Shown here piece by piece: positions 46,507 through 55,666 of a DNA stretch of 64,000 nucleotides. Each line of letters opens with the position of its first letter. Position 1 is the stretch's first letter. The stretch comes from a virus, in the IMG/VR virus record IMGVR_UViG_3300042502_001732, positions 64,001 to 128,000 of that record; one strand, written 5' to 3'. The notes below the pieces were generated by a model. The model was not told the DNA's origin. It did no database searches and saw nothing but the letters and a program-made list of their open reading frames with translations. A program made the translations under genes and the position numbers.

Positions 46507-47268
46507 TTATGCTTCAAGCACCTGTACAATATAGCGTAATATCTTGCTGCGTACAATTTCACTATCTCCAAACTTAAAGGTGTGTATGTTATTTTCTACA
46601 GCAGATGTATTGTTAAATCGAGAATAAACATCTGGATAGCCTGAAAGTTTACCAATATCTGACTGCTTAAGATCTCCGCAGATTACATATTTTGTATTTT
46701 TACCAAAACGGGTAAGTATCGTTACAAGCTCTGAACGTGTTAGGTTTTGTGCCTCGTCGACAATCACAACACTATCATTGAATGTAAGGCCGCGTACAAA
46801 ATTTACTGGAGTGGCACTCACAACATTTGCATTGCGAAGTTGCAGACAAGTACTCTCGTCTGTAATCTCGCGTATTTTTTCTAGACATGGCATTGCATAT
46901 GGTAAAAACTTATCGTCAACCTCACCAGGCAATGCACCAATGCTACGAGACGCGCTTTCAATTACGCTGCGTATATAGTTTATATGCTTAATCTTTTTGT
47001 CCTTAAAGAGTTCCAAGGCGGCAAGTACAGCAATATAACTTTTAGCGCTTCCTGCAGGACCGTCAACAAATGCCATATTTGTATCGTCTGCCTTTATACA
47101 GTCATAAAATGCCTTGTGCGCCTCATTAAAGTGAAACGGCTTTTTGACTTTAAAATTAAAGCAGAAATTTAAAGCAATCGAGGACTCAATGTTAGTTGAG
47201 TCCTCGGCGAAAAGATCAGGTTTTGAAGCAGTAGCTTTTTTCTTTTTTTCTCGTTTGGCAGTGGCCAT
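46507..47268 (-). CDS. phoH: PhoH-family ATPase
   Basis: GPAGSAKS, GALPG, FVRGLTF, VDEAQN, TRFG, GDLKQSD, IVRS. Confidence 0.92.
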   Translation of the reverse strand: MATAKREKKKKATASKPDLFAEDSTNIESSIALNFCFNFKVKKPFHFNEAHKAFYDCIKADDTNMAFVDGPAGSAKSYIAVLAALELFKDKKIKHINYIRSVIESASRSIGALPGEVDDKFLPYAMPCLEKIREITDESTCLQLRNANVVSATPVNFVRGLTFNDSVVIVDEAQNLTRSELVTILTRFGKNTKYVICGDLKQSDIGKLSGYPDVYSRFNNTSAVENNIHTFKFGDSEIVRSKILRYIVQVLEA

Positions 47269-47330
47269 AATTTTATTTGTGTGTTGTTATTGTTGGTGTT
47301 ACCATGGTATAATACATCACTCCATTAAAA

Positions 47331-48095
47331 TTAAGATTTTTTAGGTACGTCTGTGTCTAATTCGCTGCTGAGTGCAAGTGTGGTTGCGCGTTGTGAGTCA
47401 TAACGTGCGCTTTCGATCCATGTTCCATTAAAGGTTGTCATTCCATTTTTAACCTTTAATAACTTTGTTGCTGTTTTAGCATCATAGCCTTTGTGCTGCA
47501 CCACATAGTCAATGAGTGGTACTTCTGTTCCAGCTATAGCAAATATTGGAGCAGGAGTAACTGTTTTAACTTCACTACCTTGTACAAGTGAGATGAACCA
47601 ATCCTTTTTAACCTTTTTGCCAGGACAGGTTTTACTTGTCTTTGGGTCATCGCGATGAAACTTTAATGTGTTTTCATTAACTGGCATGTCTAGCCAATTG
47701 AAGAGCGCCTTTGTAATTGCAGCTGTATTTTTTATGCATGCTAATCCACGACCAGTTAGTGGATCTTCACTGTCATAGTCTCCAAGTATTTCGATGCCTA
47801 TAGAGTTACGATTAAATGAAACTGCATGTATGCCAGGAACATTCAGTGGGGTCATGCCAAAGATTTGATCCTCGTCAACAAAAAGATGCGGTCCACGATT
47901 CCAACCGAGTGATTGGTAATATGCCTTTATGTTTAAGATATGTTGAGCGAGCAGACCACTCTTGCGCTGCGCCAATGAAGGTGCACCTGTGTGGTGTATA
48001 GTAACGCTCTTTACATATGCAGGCTTTTTAAGCGTGCTTAGATATTCTTTAAATGACTCTACTGTCCAAACTTTACCAACGTTTGCGTATGACAT
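47331..48095 (-). CDS. N-acetylmuramoyl-L-alanine amidase endolysin
   Basis: IHHT, GIHA..FN..SIGIE, FHRD, KTCPG. Confidence 0.88.
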   Translation of the reverse strand: MSYANVGKVWTVESFKEYLSTLKKPAYVKSVTIHHTGAPSLAQRKSGLLAQHILNIKAYYQSLGWNRGPHLFVDEDQIFGMTPLNVPGIHAVSFNRNSIGIEILGDYDSEDPLTGRGLACIKNTAAITKALFNWLDMPVNENTLKFHRDDPKTSKTCPGKKVKKDWFISLVQGSEVKTVTPAPIFAIAGTEVPLIDYVVQHKGYDAKTATKLLKVKNGMTTFNGTWIESARYDSQRATTLALSSELDTDVPKKS

Positions 48096-48100
48096 AACTT

Positions 48101-48340
48101 TTATTTATTAGAATTTCCTATAATTATTGCTCTGCGATAGCTATAGTCGCTATGAAATTTTTGACCACGCCCAATGAGTGTTCCTTCAGCAAAGGTGTAT
48201 TGTTTTCCTTCAATGAGGGTAACTGTCACCGGATCATAGAGCGCCGAGGCGTTCAAGCTTTCGTTTTTTTCTCGTTGCGAGTCGTTCAATCCGCAACTTT
48301 GCAGCAGGATCACCAGTGGCAGCAAGCTTATCAATTTCAT
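48101..48340 (-). CDS. lipoprotein, o-spanin-like
   Basis: LQSC lipobox; overlaps 48234-48434. Confidence 0.6.
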   Translation of the reverse strand: MKLISLLPLVILLQSCGLNDSQREKNESLNASALYDPVTVTLIEGKQYTFAEGTLIGRGQKFHSDYSYRRAIIIGNSNK

Positions 48341-48434
48341 CTTCGATTCGATCTATTTCAGACTCTCGTTGCCATGCCACCCATGATGCATAGGCATTGC
48401 ATGCAGCGGCAATGGCAATGAGCAGTGTGTTCAT
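48234..48434 (-). CDS. i-spanin-like protein
   Basis: Hydrophobic N-terminus plus coiled coil. Confidence 0.5.
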   Translation of the reverse strand: MNTLLIAIAAACNAYASWVAWQRESEIDRIEDEIDKLAATGDPAAKLRIERLATRKKRKLERLGAL

Positions 48435-48623
48435 TTATTCACCTTTATCTTTAGCCTTGCCAAAGTTTAATGCAAGAAAGTCAATGACTGCATAGAGCTT
48501 TGCAATGGCTGTTCCAGGAGCAGGCGTGGGAGTTGCTGCAGCGATTGCACTAGCAAGAGCAATAACAGCGGTTGCGATTCCAAACCAGCTTTGTGTCTGT
48601 ACGAAGTTTATGAGTAGTTCCAT
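48435..48623 (-). CDS. small membrane protein (holin-like), paralog of 11924-12112
   Basis: ALASAIAAATPTPAPGT..AKLYA.IDF.A.N.GKAKDKGE; TATAAATA late promoter near 48674. Confidence 0.6.
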   Translation of the reverse strand: MELLINFVQTQSWFGIATAVIALASAIAAATPTPAPGTAIAKLYAVIDFLALNFGKAKDKGE

Positions 48624-48681
48624 ATGCTTTAGTATTTGTTATTAGGCATAATATAGAGTCATTCACTAGTTGTATTTATAC

Positions 48682-48710
48682 AAAAAGGCATATCAAAAAA
48701 TGATATGCCT
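48682..48710 (-). terminator. intrinsic terminator
   Basis: AGGCATATCA/TGATATGCCT plus U-run. Confidence 0.7.
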
Positions 48711-48740
48711 CTCTGATTTTATGTATGCTTAAACAGGTGT

Positions 48741-48941
48741 TTAAAACCCGTTTAGTTTATCATATTCGCTTTTTAGATATTTTTTTACTGTATATTTTAG
48801 ATGCAACCCTGAATTTTTCAGAGTCTTTTGTTTTATATATTCTTTTATTGCCGCGTTGTCACTTTGAAAAAAGCATGCGCTTGACCCATCAGACCACTTC
48901 ATAATTATTACGATAGTGTCTTCTCGAGTCCCCTCTTTCAT
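48741..48941 (-). CDS. hypothetical protein
   Basis: ATGA-coupled. Confidence 0.5.
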   Translation of the reverse strand: MKEGTREDTIVIIMKWSDGSSACFFQSDNAAIKEYIKQKTLKNSGLHLKYTVKKYLKSEYDKLNGF

Positions 48942-49192
48942 GCCCCATTGTATATTTTAGAGATGATGCCCTCAAAAGCTTTTACCTTGTCTAGCCGATT
49001 TGGCCAGTAAATATAATCCTTTTCTGGGTTTTTCTTTAGATTTGAGACAAGAGGCAAGATAGATTTATAGAGTGAATCAAGACGAGTCTGAAGTTCAATC
49101 ACTTCATCTTCCTTTGCATTTGCTGCACGAACTACCTCTAGTTCATCTTCTGCAACAGCAGTAAACCCAAAATCAAATACTTCGTCTGACAT
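48938..49192 (-). CDS. conserved T4-like phage protein
   Basis: FDFGFTAV...NLKKNPEKDYIYWPNR. Confidence 0.75.
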   Translation of the reverse strand: MSDEVFDFGFTAVAEDELEVVRAANAKEDEVIELQTRLDSLYKSILPLVSNLKKNPEKDYIYWPNRLDKVKAFEGIISKIYNGA

Positions 49193-49193
49193 A

Positions 49194-49523
49194 TCAAACC
49201 TTGGTTTGCGGTTTCTTACGAATTGCTGTCTTTTTATTTGCTCCCTTGACTGGTTGCTTTTTTGTCGCTGCTTTTTTAGCAGCATCTGCAGCAGCTTGCT
49301 TTATAGTTGGCTGTTTTTTTGCAGGATTTTTATATACCGCTTTCTTTTTTGGTGCAGTTTGGTTTTTTACAACGGGCACTTCTACTGGTGTTGGCATTTT
49401 AAGCGGCTTCAGTTTACGCATCGCAATATACTCAGAGAAGAGTCGGCATGCAACGTAAAACAGGCTGCAAATCGCGCCAAGACTAAGGGTATATGCTAAT
49501 ATTGTAGTTATTGTTGTCATCAT
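49194..49523 (-). CDS. TM-anchored Lys/Ala-rich (histone H1-like tail) protein
   Basis: TM helix then AKKAATKK-type repeats. Confidence 0.6.
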   Translation of the reverse strand: MMTTITTILAYTLSLGAICSLFYVACRLFSEYIAMRKLKPLKMPTPVEVPVVKNQTAPKKKAVYKNPAKKQPTIKQAAADAAKKAATKKQPVKGANKKTAIRKKPQTKV

Positions 49524-49577
49524 ATATTTTGTATTTATCGTGGTTCTATAGTCATTTATAGATTTTTTATAGTAATT

Positions 49578-49814
49578 TTACGTTAGTTGTCCTCCAACCC
49601 ATTCTTTGCTCCATACTGATATAGAGTCGGGTGTATAACAACCTTCTGGGATTGATGATGCCGCTTTGTTGTATTTTCCTGCTAACACATCACACAGGTG
49701 ATTCCATTCTTCTGCATCAAAAACCATCTCTTTGCCTTCTTTATAGATACAAATTTTTTCTGGCTTATAAGAGCCGTCCCATTCTCTTAAAAGATTTGCT
49801 AGTACACTAATCAT
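49578..49814 (-). CDS. hypothetical protein
   Basis: 78 aa ORF. Confidence 0.5.
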   Translation of the reverse strand: MISVLANLLREWDGSYKPEKICIYKEGKEMVFDAEEWNHLCDVLAGKYNKAASSIPEGCYTPDSISVWSKEWVGGQLT

Positions 49815-49825
49815 ATTTGAGTTTC

Positions 49826-50035
49826 TTATTTCTTAATCTCTAGGATTTCCACCTTCACAATCTTTCGTGAAATCTCATTATGGAACGTATAGTCAGATCC
49901 AACATAGTAATCATCTACAATCTCTTGGATTGATCTATCTATCAGCATTACTAAAAGAACATTAAAGCCAGTAGTGAAGCGGTCGCCGCCTTCAATTGTG
50001 ATATTCAGTGTAGCTGTGATGTATTCGTTGGTCAT
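49826..50035 (-). CDS. hypothetical protein, near-identical to 32949-33197
   Basis: Motif-2 promoter. Confidence 0.65.
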   Translation of the reverse strand: MTNEYITATLNITIEGGDRFTTGFNVLLVMLIDRSIQEIVDDYYVGSDYTFHNEISRKIVKVEILEIKK

Positions 50036-50046
50036 ACCTTATTGTA

Positions 50047-50181
50047 TCAGAGTTCCTTCCGTATTTCCTTCTTACCATCCTTACGTACACGCTTATTTTG
50101 CACACGGCTCCAGTACTTGCGTAGATGCTTCCACCATTGAACGGTCTTGACACCGCCTTTACTCTTTGCTGAACTGCTCAT
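50047..50181 (-). CDS. 44-aa basic peptide (copy 2)
   Basis: MSSSAKSKGGVKTVQWWKHLRKYWSRVQNKRVRKDGKKEIRKEL. Confidence 0.65.
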   Translation of the reverse strand: MSSSAKSKGGVKTVQWWKHLRKYWSRVQNKRVRKDGKKEIRKEL

Positions 50182-50352
50182 ACTATCGGAGTTCCTTACG
50201 AACTATTTTCATTTGCTCATCATAAGCACCTGCGCGTCTCTCTTCCAGGACCTTATCAACAATATCACAACATTTTTCGAAGAGCTTGAAGCTCTCTTCA
50301 AACAGCTTTTGTTTGTCTTCTTTCATAGATTTATCGAGTGTAATGGTTAGAT

Positions 50353-50655
50353 TTATTTAAGAACTGCATCGATTTTAGACAACATGCTCGCCGGAACTTT
50401 CCATCGACCGCCACTAGTTTGAACCGTGACAAACTTAACGGCAATCTTGACAACATGTCCAGTGGTCGCACCTCCACTTCGTGGGTTTGTAAATTGAACA
50501 TTGTCGCCGATATGAAGAGAAGCTTTGGTCTTTTGAGCAAGGCGAGTGCGGGCAAAGGTGATGGCTTGGATTATGCTATTGAGATCATCATTTGCAAAGC
50601 CTCCAGAGATGATGGCTGTATTGATGTCTTGTACGCTGAGCGATGCTGTTTTCAT
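50353..50655 (-). CDS. conserved phage SH3-like protein
   Basis: IGDNVQF...G.VVKI..K...V.....WKVPASML. Confidence 0.7.
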   Translation of the reverse strand: MKTASLSVQDINTAIISGGFANDDLNSIIQAITFARTRLAQKTKASLHIGDNVQFTNPRSGGATTGHVVKIAVKFVTVQTSGGRWKVPASMLSKIDAVLK

Positions 50656-50690
50656 AGGTGGTGTGGTTTGTTGCTTACGTGGTTAGTTTC

Positions 50691-50942
50691 TTAGTCGATC
50701 GAGTCGTTCAACTCTTTGATGAGTTGAGCACGAGTGGTGATTTCGTCTTCGCGAGGGTCAAGTCTGAGCCAGTTGCCAAATTTGTCTTCAGCGATGAGGG
50801 TGATTTTGTTGACTTTGGTGACTGTCATGGATTTGCGCTTGCATTCAGAGGTACGACCGTCGAACATCGAATATTGGAGGACGATTTCGTCTCCTACCTT
50901 GTAGGTTGCTTCTTGTTGCGGTGCTGTTTTAATCAGTTTCAT
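50691..50942 (-). CDS. SH3-like early protein
   Basis: YKVGDE...VTKVNKIT; motif-3 promoter. Confidence 0.6.
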   Translation of the reverse strand: MKLIKTAPQQEATYKVGDEIVLQYSMFDGRTSECKRKSMTVTKVNKITLIAEDKFGNWLRLDPREDEITTRAQLIKELNDSID

Positions 50943-51061
50943 TTGGTATCGAATTGTTGCTTACATGGTTATTATAGCATAAACCGCGACAAAAGTACAC
51001 AACTTTTTTCATAAAAGTGAAAAAAGGTCCCGGACGGTGTCCCCGTATAGAGAAAATGACC

Positions 51062-51328
51062 TCAGCAAGGCCATTCTGGGCGTGGTTTTGGCCACACAAC
51101 CTCTAATCCGCGACACTTGAGAGCCTCAATCTCTTCGATCTTCGTGTATACCTCGAGTGCCTCTTCAAACGTGTCCCATCTTTTACCGCTTCTGTAAAAA
51201 CTCGAGTCGACGTCAAATGGGTCAATGTCATTCCACATCCATAACGACTTGCGTTGAATATAGTATTTTTCATGTGACAGTTTTGTGTTTCTGTCGCGAT
51301 AGTCTCTTACGATTCTGTATTTTGGCAT
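51062..51328 (-). CDS. YRIV...LWMW family protein
   Basis: Paralog of 40293-40553. Confidence 0.6.
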   Translation of the reverse strand: MPKYRIVRDYRDRNTKLSHEKYYIQRKSLWMWNDIDPFDVDSSFYRSGKRWDTFEEALEVYTKIEEIEALKCRGLEVVWPKPRPEWPC

Positions 51329-51332
51329 AAGT

Positions 51333-51461
51333 TTATTCTTGTGTTTGTTTTTTCCCATCAGCGCGTACACGCTTGTTTTAAACGCGCTTCCAATATTTTC
51401 GAAGATGTTTCCACCATTGAACGGTTGGCACGCTACCTTTACTTTTTGCTGAGCTGCTCAT
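51333..51461 (-). pseudogene. basic peptide copy 3 with in-frame TAA
   Basis: Gln codon replaced by TAA after ..YWKRV; frame otherwise intact. Confidence 0.6.
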
Positions 51462-51539
51462 GATTTTTACTAGGGTTGATCGTTTTTACTGTGCAGTGAA
51501 AGTTTGTTATGCAGTAAACAGTTAAGGTCACTGCTTAGC

Positions 51540-51896
51540 TCATTGATAGGGCGGCAGTTCCCACTTTTGCGGCACAAATGTCTTGCATGAAAAGTTATCG
51601 GTGCAAACGGTTAATGTATCATCATACTCTTTGAGTTTTTCCTTTAGTATCATAACCTCTGCTTCAAGACGATTAGCATCAAGTCGATAGCGCTCAGTAG
51701 TTTCTTTTGCTTGCTTTAGTTTCCATCGCACACTGATAATATCATTGACTGCATTGGTCGCTTCTGCGATTGCATTGTCGCGCTCGCGTTCTAGTTTGCA
51801 TGCATGTTCTGACATCTCTTCCCATGCTTCATGATATGGGGTGTCTGACATAATTTGCGCATCCCATAGGGCGTCTGTTTCTAGTGTTTCACTCAT
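51540..51896 (-). CDS. MSDTP-family coiled-coil protein
   Basis: MSETLETD...KLERERD. Confidence 0.6.
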   Translation of the reverse strand: MSETLETDALWDAQIMSDTPYHEAWEEMSEHACKLERERDNAIAEATNAVNDIISVRWKLKQAKETTERYRLDANRLEAEVMILKEKLKEYDDTLTVCTDNFSCKTFVPQKWELPPYQ

Positions 51897-52392
51897 GATC
51901 GCCTCCTTTTGTATCGGCAGTTTGCCTTTTCTGATAGCGATTAAAGAACGGTTTGAAACTGTTTGCATAATTGATAAGGTCTTTCAAACCCTTCGCCAGC
52001 TTATCACGTTCACTCTCTGCTTTCTTTAGATCTTTCTTTGCTTTCTTTAGATCCTTATCAATCAACTTCGCGCCAATTACTGCGGCATTGTAAAGTTTAA
52101 CTGCTTCATTATAACGTTCAAATGCTGCATCCCGTTGATTGCATACCTCATTGCGTTCTTCTAACAGCAATTGCATATTGGGATGAGACAAATCCAGAAT
52201 TGATTCTTTAAGCGTATCAAGTTGCTCCTGCATACGATGCTCTCGTAGCACAGCAGTTTCATAGTTGTTGACTGCTTCATCGCGTTGCTGTTCTAGCTTA
52301 CGAGCAACTGTTGCTGGCACAAAATAGTCACCTTCATCTGGATTGAATCCTAGAAAGATTTGATTTGCATCTGTGTCCGGTGTATTACTCAT
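51889..52392 (-). CDS. MSDTP-family coiled-coil protein
   Basis: MSNTPDTD...ARKLEQQRD. Confidence 0.65.
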   Translation of the reverse strand: MSNTPDTDANQIFLGFNPDEGDYFVPATVARKLEQQRDEAVNNYETAVLREHRMQEQLDTLKESILDLSHPNMQLLLEERNEVCNQRDAAFERYNEAVKLYNAAVIGAKLIDKDLKKAKKDLKKAESERDKLAKGLKDLINYANSFKPFFNRYQKRQTADTKGGDHE

Positions 52393-52582
52393 GATCTATT
52401 TTATTGACTGCGCATTGTAGTATCGTTGTAACGGTTACATGCTGTTTAATCTGTGGTTTTGTTCCCATTTTTAGTTTCTCAACGTAAAAATCTAAAGCAA
52501 TGTCCTGATCAAAAAAGATTGCATTTTTAAACACTTTATTTTTGTTTAGCCAAAGCACTTCGTATTTTATATCTTCACTCAT
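52385..52582 (-). CDS. hypothetical protein, paralog of 39044-39229
   Basis: See 39044-39229. Confidence 0.55.
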   Translation of the reverse strand: MSEDIKYEVLWLNKNKVFKNAIFFDQDIALDFYVEKLKMGTKPQIKQHVTVTTILQCAVNKIDHE

Positions 52583-52775
52583 AAGAAAATGTTTTTACTA
52601 TTCTGTTTGGGTTTTTCATCAGTTTTATAACCATATCTTCTGCGGCTTCTGCTGTTGCCCAAATTCCATAACTAAAATCTGTGATCCAAAACCAAAGAAA
52701 CTTCTCTTGAATTGCATAGTATGTTCTAGCAGTTGGAACGTCTATACGTTCTACTATTCTATATAGTTCTTTCAT
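52575..52775 (-). CDS. YRIVERID family protein, copy 3
   Basis: YGIWATAEAAEDMV.KLMKNPNR.VKTFSYE shared with copies 1 and 2. Confidence 0.7.
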   Translation of the reverse strand: MKELYRIVERIDVPTARTYYAIQEKFLWFWITDFSYGIWATAEAAEDMVIKLMKNPNRIVKTFSYE

Positions 52776-52779
52776 AAGT

Positions 52780-53028
52780 TTATTCTACTACAGTTTCGGT
52801 CCACGTTCTGTATTGACGTTGCAGTCCTCGCTTCTTGTATTCTCTTTCGATGGTGTCATCGATATACGCGCTGCCATCTGCACCGATTACTTCGGCACCG
52901 CATGAACAGCAACGAAGAATAGGAATGTCTTTAATGGTAATGCTACCAAGAACATGTTCATCATAAGTTTCGGTGACGAACACCCGCTGCAGTGTGCCAT
53001 TGCATTCCCAACATTTTTCATTTTTCAT
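52780..53028 (-). CDS. YgiT/MqsA-type zinc-finger protein
   Basis: CWECNG...IPILRCCSCG. Confidence 0.7.
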   Translation of the reverse strand: MKNEKCWECNGTLQRVFVTETYDEHVLGSITIKDIPILRCCSCGAEVIGADGSAYIDDTIEREYKKRGLQRQYRTWTETVVE

Positions 53029-53050
53029 CTAATAAAGGTCTCCTTCAAAT

Positions 53051-54004
53051 TTATGCCTCCCAACTTGTAACGAGCATTGATTCTACGCTCGGGATATCAA
53101 GTAAGTTTCTTCCACCGGAGTAAGAAACCGCACTTTGAAGGTCCTGTTCTATCTCGAGCAATTTTTCTGCATAGGTCATTGTGTCAAGATCTAGTGCACG
53201 CTTAACTCCTTCAACGTTTCGATATTCACCCTTGTTGTATTGAGAAGCACTTCCAAAATAAACTTTTTGACCGTCAATCATTTCAGCCGGTGAATCAATA
53301 CATCGACTAAATAGACCACCAACCATAACCATCTCTGCTCCGGCGTGAATTGATTTTACAATGTCGGCATGCTCACGAACTCCGCCATCTGCAATTATTG
53401 GTGGATCATCGAGTTCTCGCACACGATCAATGAGTGTGATACAACTATACATTGGAAAAGTAAAGCCAGTTTTGTTTTTTGTGCTGCACACACCTCCACC
53501 GCCAATACCAACTTTTACAGCATCTGCCCCCCATTCAACAAGCCTGCGATAGCCTTCGGGAGTGCAGACATTGCCGGCAATAATTTTTGTATCAAGAGAC
53601 AGCGAAGAAATATGACTCAACATCTCTTTCATAAGAATGCTATCACCATGAGCAATGTCGATTGTGACATAGTCTAACTTTAAATCTTCTGCTGCGATCT
53701 GCTCAAGTAGATATTTGTCAACTTCTTGCACACCTACGCTGATGCTGACTGTTTTCCAACCTTGGGCAGCGCGAACAAATTCAAGGTTATCGACACCGAA
53801 ACGATGCATGACATAGAAATAGCCATGCTCACTCAGCCATTTTGCATGTGATTCGTTTATGACACATACCATATTCGAAGGCACAACTGGCAATTTAAAT
53901 TGTGATCCTAAAAATACTGTAGAAACTTCAGCTCTTTGACGAGTCTTTAGGCTACTATAGCGAGGCAGCAAACATATGTCTTTATATTGATATGCAGTTT
54001 TCAT
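53051..54004 (-). CDS. guaC: GMP reductase
   Basis: DIAHG, AGNV, VKVGIGGGGVCST, IIADGG, FGSAS, VEG. Confidence 0.9.
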   Translation of the reverse strand: MKTAYQYKDICLLPRYSSLKTRQRAEVSTVFLGSQFKLPVVPSNMVCVINESHAKWLSEHGYFYVMHRFGVDNLEFVRAAQGWKTVSISVGVQEVDKYLLEQIAAEDLKLDYVTIDIAHGDSILMKEMLSHISSLSLDTKIIAGNVCTPEGYRRLVEWGADAVKVGIGGGGVCSTKNKTGFTFPMYSCITLIDRVRELDDPPIIADGGVREHADIVKSIHAGAEMVMVGGLFSRCIDSPAEMIDGQKVYFGSASQYNKGEYRNVEGVKRALDLDTMTYAEKLLEIEQDLQSAVSYSGGRNLLDIPSVESMLVTSWEA

Positions 54005-54082
54005 TTGTCGTATTTTTCAAAAATTATAAGTGTGCCAATTGCAAGTGAAGTCATGAGAATACAATAGAGTACTATGGTTAAA

Positions 54083-54271
54083 TCATTCATAGTCATATCC
54101 TATTTTATGAGTCTCGATCCAGCGATAATTTCTTTTATCACCTACACGCTCAATAGTCATATGACCATTTTCATATGCTTCACGATGTGTTTCATTAACA
54201 CCCATCCAAAAACCAGCAATCATACACAAAGCAGTATGAATGACCAATAAAATTACAATAACAATATTCAT
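54083..54271 (-). CDS. small membrane-anchored protein
   Basis: N-terminal TM helix. Confidence 0.5.
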   Translation of the reverse strand: MNIVIVILLVIHTALCMIAGFWMGVNETHREAYENGHMTIERVGDKRNYRWIETHKIGYDYE

Positions 54272-54274
54272 AAT

Positions 54275-54568
54275 TTAAGAATTCATCACCTTCAATAAAT
54301 CTCTTCTATTTTCAATATAAAATTGTTCATCGGCAATTTTTACTAGCATACCTTTTTCTCCCATATCATTGTCATAGATGTACCACATAATCCAACTATA
54401 TGGATCAATAATATCTACTGTATCTTCAAATGCTTTCCAAACTGTATTGTAGATTGGACCATCTGGGTCTAAACACCCGACTTCGACTGCAGAGTCGATC
54501 ACGCGCTTCAATGCAATATATGAATCTAAAATTTTATTTAGTTCTTCAATAGTCAGTTGTTTATTCAT
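54275..54568 (-). CDS. hypothetical protein
   Basis: WIMWYIYDNDMG; ATGA-coupled. Confidence 0.6.
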   Translation of the reverse strand: MNKQLTIEELNKILDSYIALKRVIDSAVEVGCLDPDGPIYNTVWKAFEDTVDIIDPYSWIMWYIYDNDMGEKGMLVKIADEQFYIENRRDLLKVMNS

Positions 54569-55236
54569 CTTATTTCTCCGATTTCTAGTTCGTCTAATAT
54601 TGTACTCACACATCCATCAAAGTCAACTGAAGAAGAGGTATGAAAATGACCAGCGTAATGGCGACTCGCACCACAAAGTTTTAAAAGTATATCATGATCT
54701 TTGCGTTCTTGTACACACTCATCCCAAAGAGTAGAGTCACGATCACACCAACCTGAGATTCCAGACTTATCACACGGTCCATTCCATGTTGGAGCACTGT
54801 GCGTAATGAGTACATCACATCGCTTTATCTTAGAAACATCCAAGACAAACTTTTCATCTGCCCAGTATGAAATGCCCTGTGCTCTCATACGTCGATCGAC
54901 ACTGACAGCGCCACCAACAAACAAAAATTCTTTATCATCTAGAGTCATTGATGTATAATCTGGAAGCAACTTGAAATTACTCATGCTTATCTTTCCATCA
55001 AAATATGCTGGGTCATCATGATTGCCGCGAATGCCTAAAAAATCGATGTTTCGACTTTTGAAAAAGGTGTTGATATATTCAAACTGACGATCCTGTTGCT
55101 TCTCGAGTTTAAAACCGACTCCAAGGTCACCAACACCGATCAAGACAAAATCACGAATATCGCCAGCTTTTATCTTAAGAAAAAGCGCATCCCACTTGCC
55201 ATGAATGTCTCCTACTACAAAGATTGGCTTGTTCAT
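54565..55236 (-). CDS. calcineurin-like metallophosphoesterase
   Basis: GDIHG, GDLG, RGNHD, ITHSAP, GHFH. Confidence 0.9.
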   Translation of the reverse strand: MNKPIFVVGDIHGKWDALFLKIKAGDIRDFVLIGVGDLGVGFKLEKQQDRQFEYINTFFKSRNIDFLGIRGNHDDPAYFDGKISMSNFKLLPDYTSMTLDDKEFLFVGGAVSVDRRMRAQGISYWADEKFVLDVSKIKRCDVLITHSAPTWNGPCDKSGISGWCDRDSTLWDECVQERKDHDILLKLCGASRHYAGHFHTSSSVDFDGCVSTILDELEIGEIR

Positions 55237-55245
55237 AATTATTAT

Positions 55246-55395
55246 TTACTCTACTCTATTAGCTATTGACGCACTCCAATCCAAAATGAACTGAGCATCT
55301 TCTTCACTCAATACCACCTCTCTGCCATCCGTGAGATTAGCAATTGGAGTATTGCCATCATACCAAAATCCTTGTACTGTATTAATATCAATCAT
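55246..55395 (-). CDS. small early protein
   Basis: Starts at the partial motif-3 leader ATG. Confidence 0.5.
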   Translation of the reverse strand: MIDINTVQGFWYDGNTPIANLTDGREVVLSEEDAQFILDWSASIANRVE

Positions 55396-55417
55396 ATTGT
55401 TGCTTACGTGGTTATTA

Positions 55418-55666
55418 TTAGGCATATTGAAGCAGCGCTTCTGGCGAGTTTGCATACTCTTCAAGAATTTCATAAAGTTCCTGTAGAGCTTCTTGATGAG
55501 AGTAGTATTCCTCAATGCTTATTTCCCATTTGTCGCGAAGAAGTCTAGTATTGGTAAACGTTCCAGTGATAAACTTATCTCCTTCTTTTACTACTTCGGT
55601 GGTGAAATACTCACCATTTGACATCTTGATCTCTACTGTTCCGTAATGTTTGTCGTCGTTGGTCAT
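55418..55666 (-). CDS. small acidic early protein
   Basis: Motif-3 promoter. Confidence 0.6.
   Translation of the reverse strand: MTNDDKHYGTVEIKMSNGEYFTTEVVKEGDKFITGTFTNTRLLRDKWEISIEEYYSHQEALQELYEILEEYANSPEALLQYA

Larger units (their letters stand above)
33204..50199 (-). promoter_or_regulatory. motif 2, a variant of motif 1 (minus strand TAAGGAACWCTGA-TACAAT-6 to 8 nt-ATG)
   Basis: Copies near 33204, 33425, 33648, 39026, 39434, 40151, 50041, 50181 (some degenerate). Confidence 0.7.

Noticed and set aside
51333-51461. Stop-codon reassignment (in-frame TAA)
   Set aside because: Single case; TAA, TAG and TGA all terminate conserved genes normally, and long genes are intact in code 11
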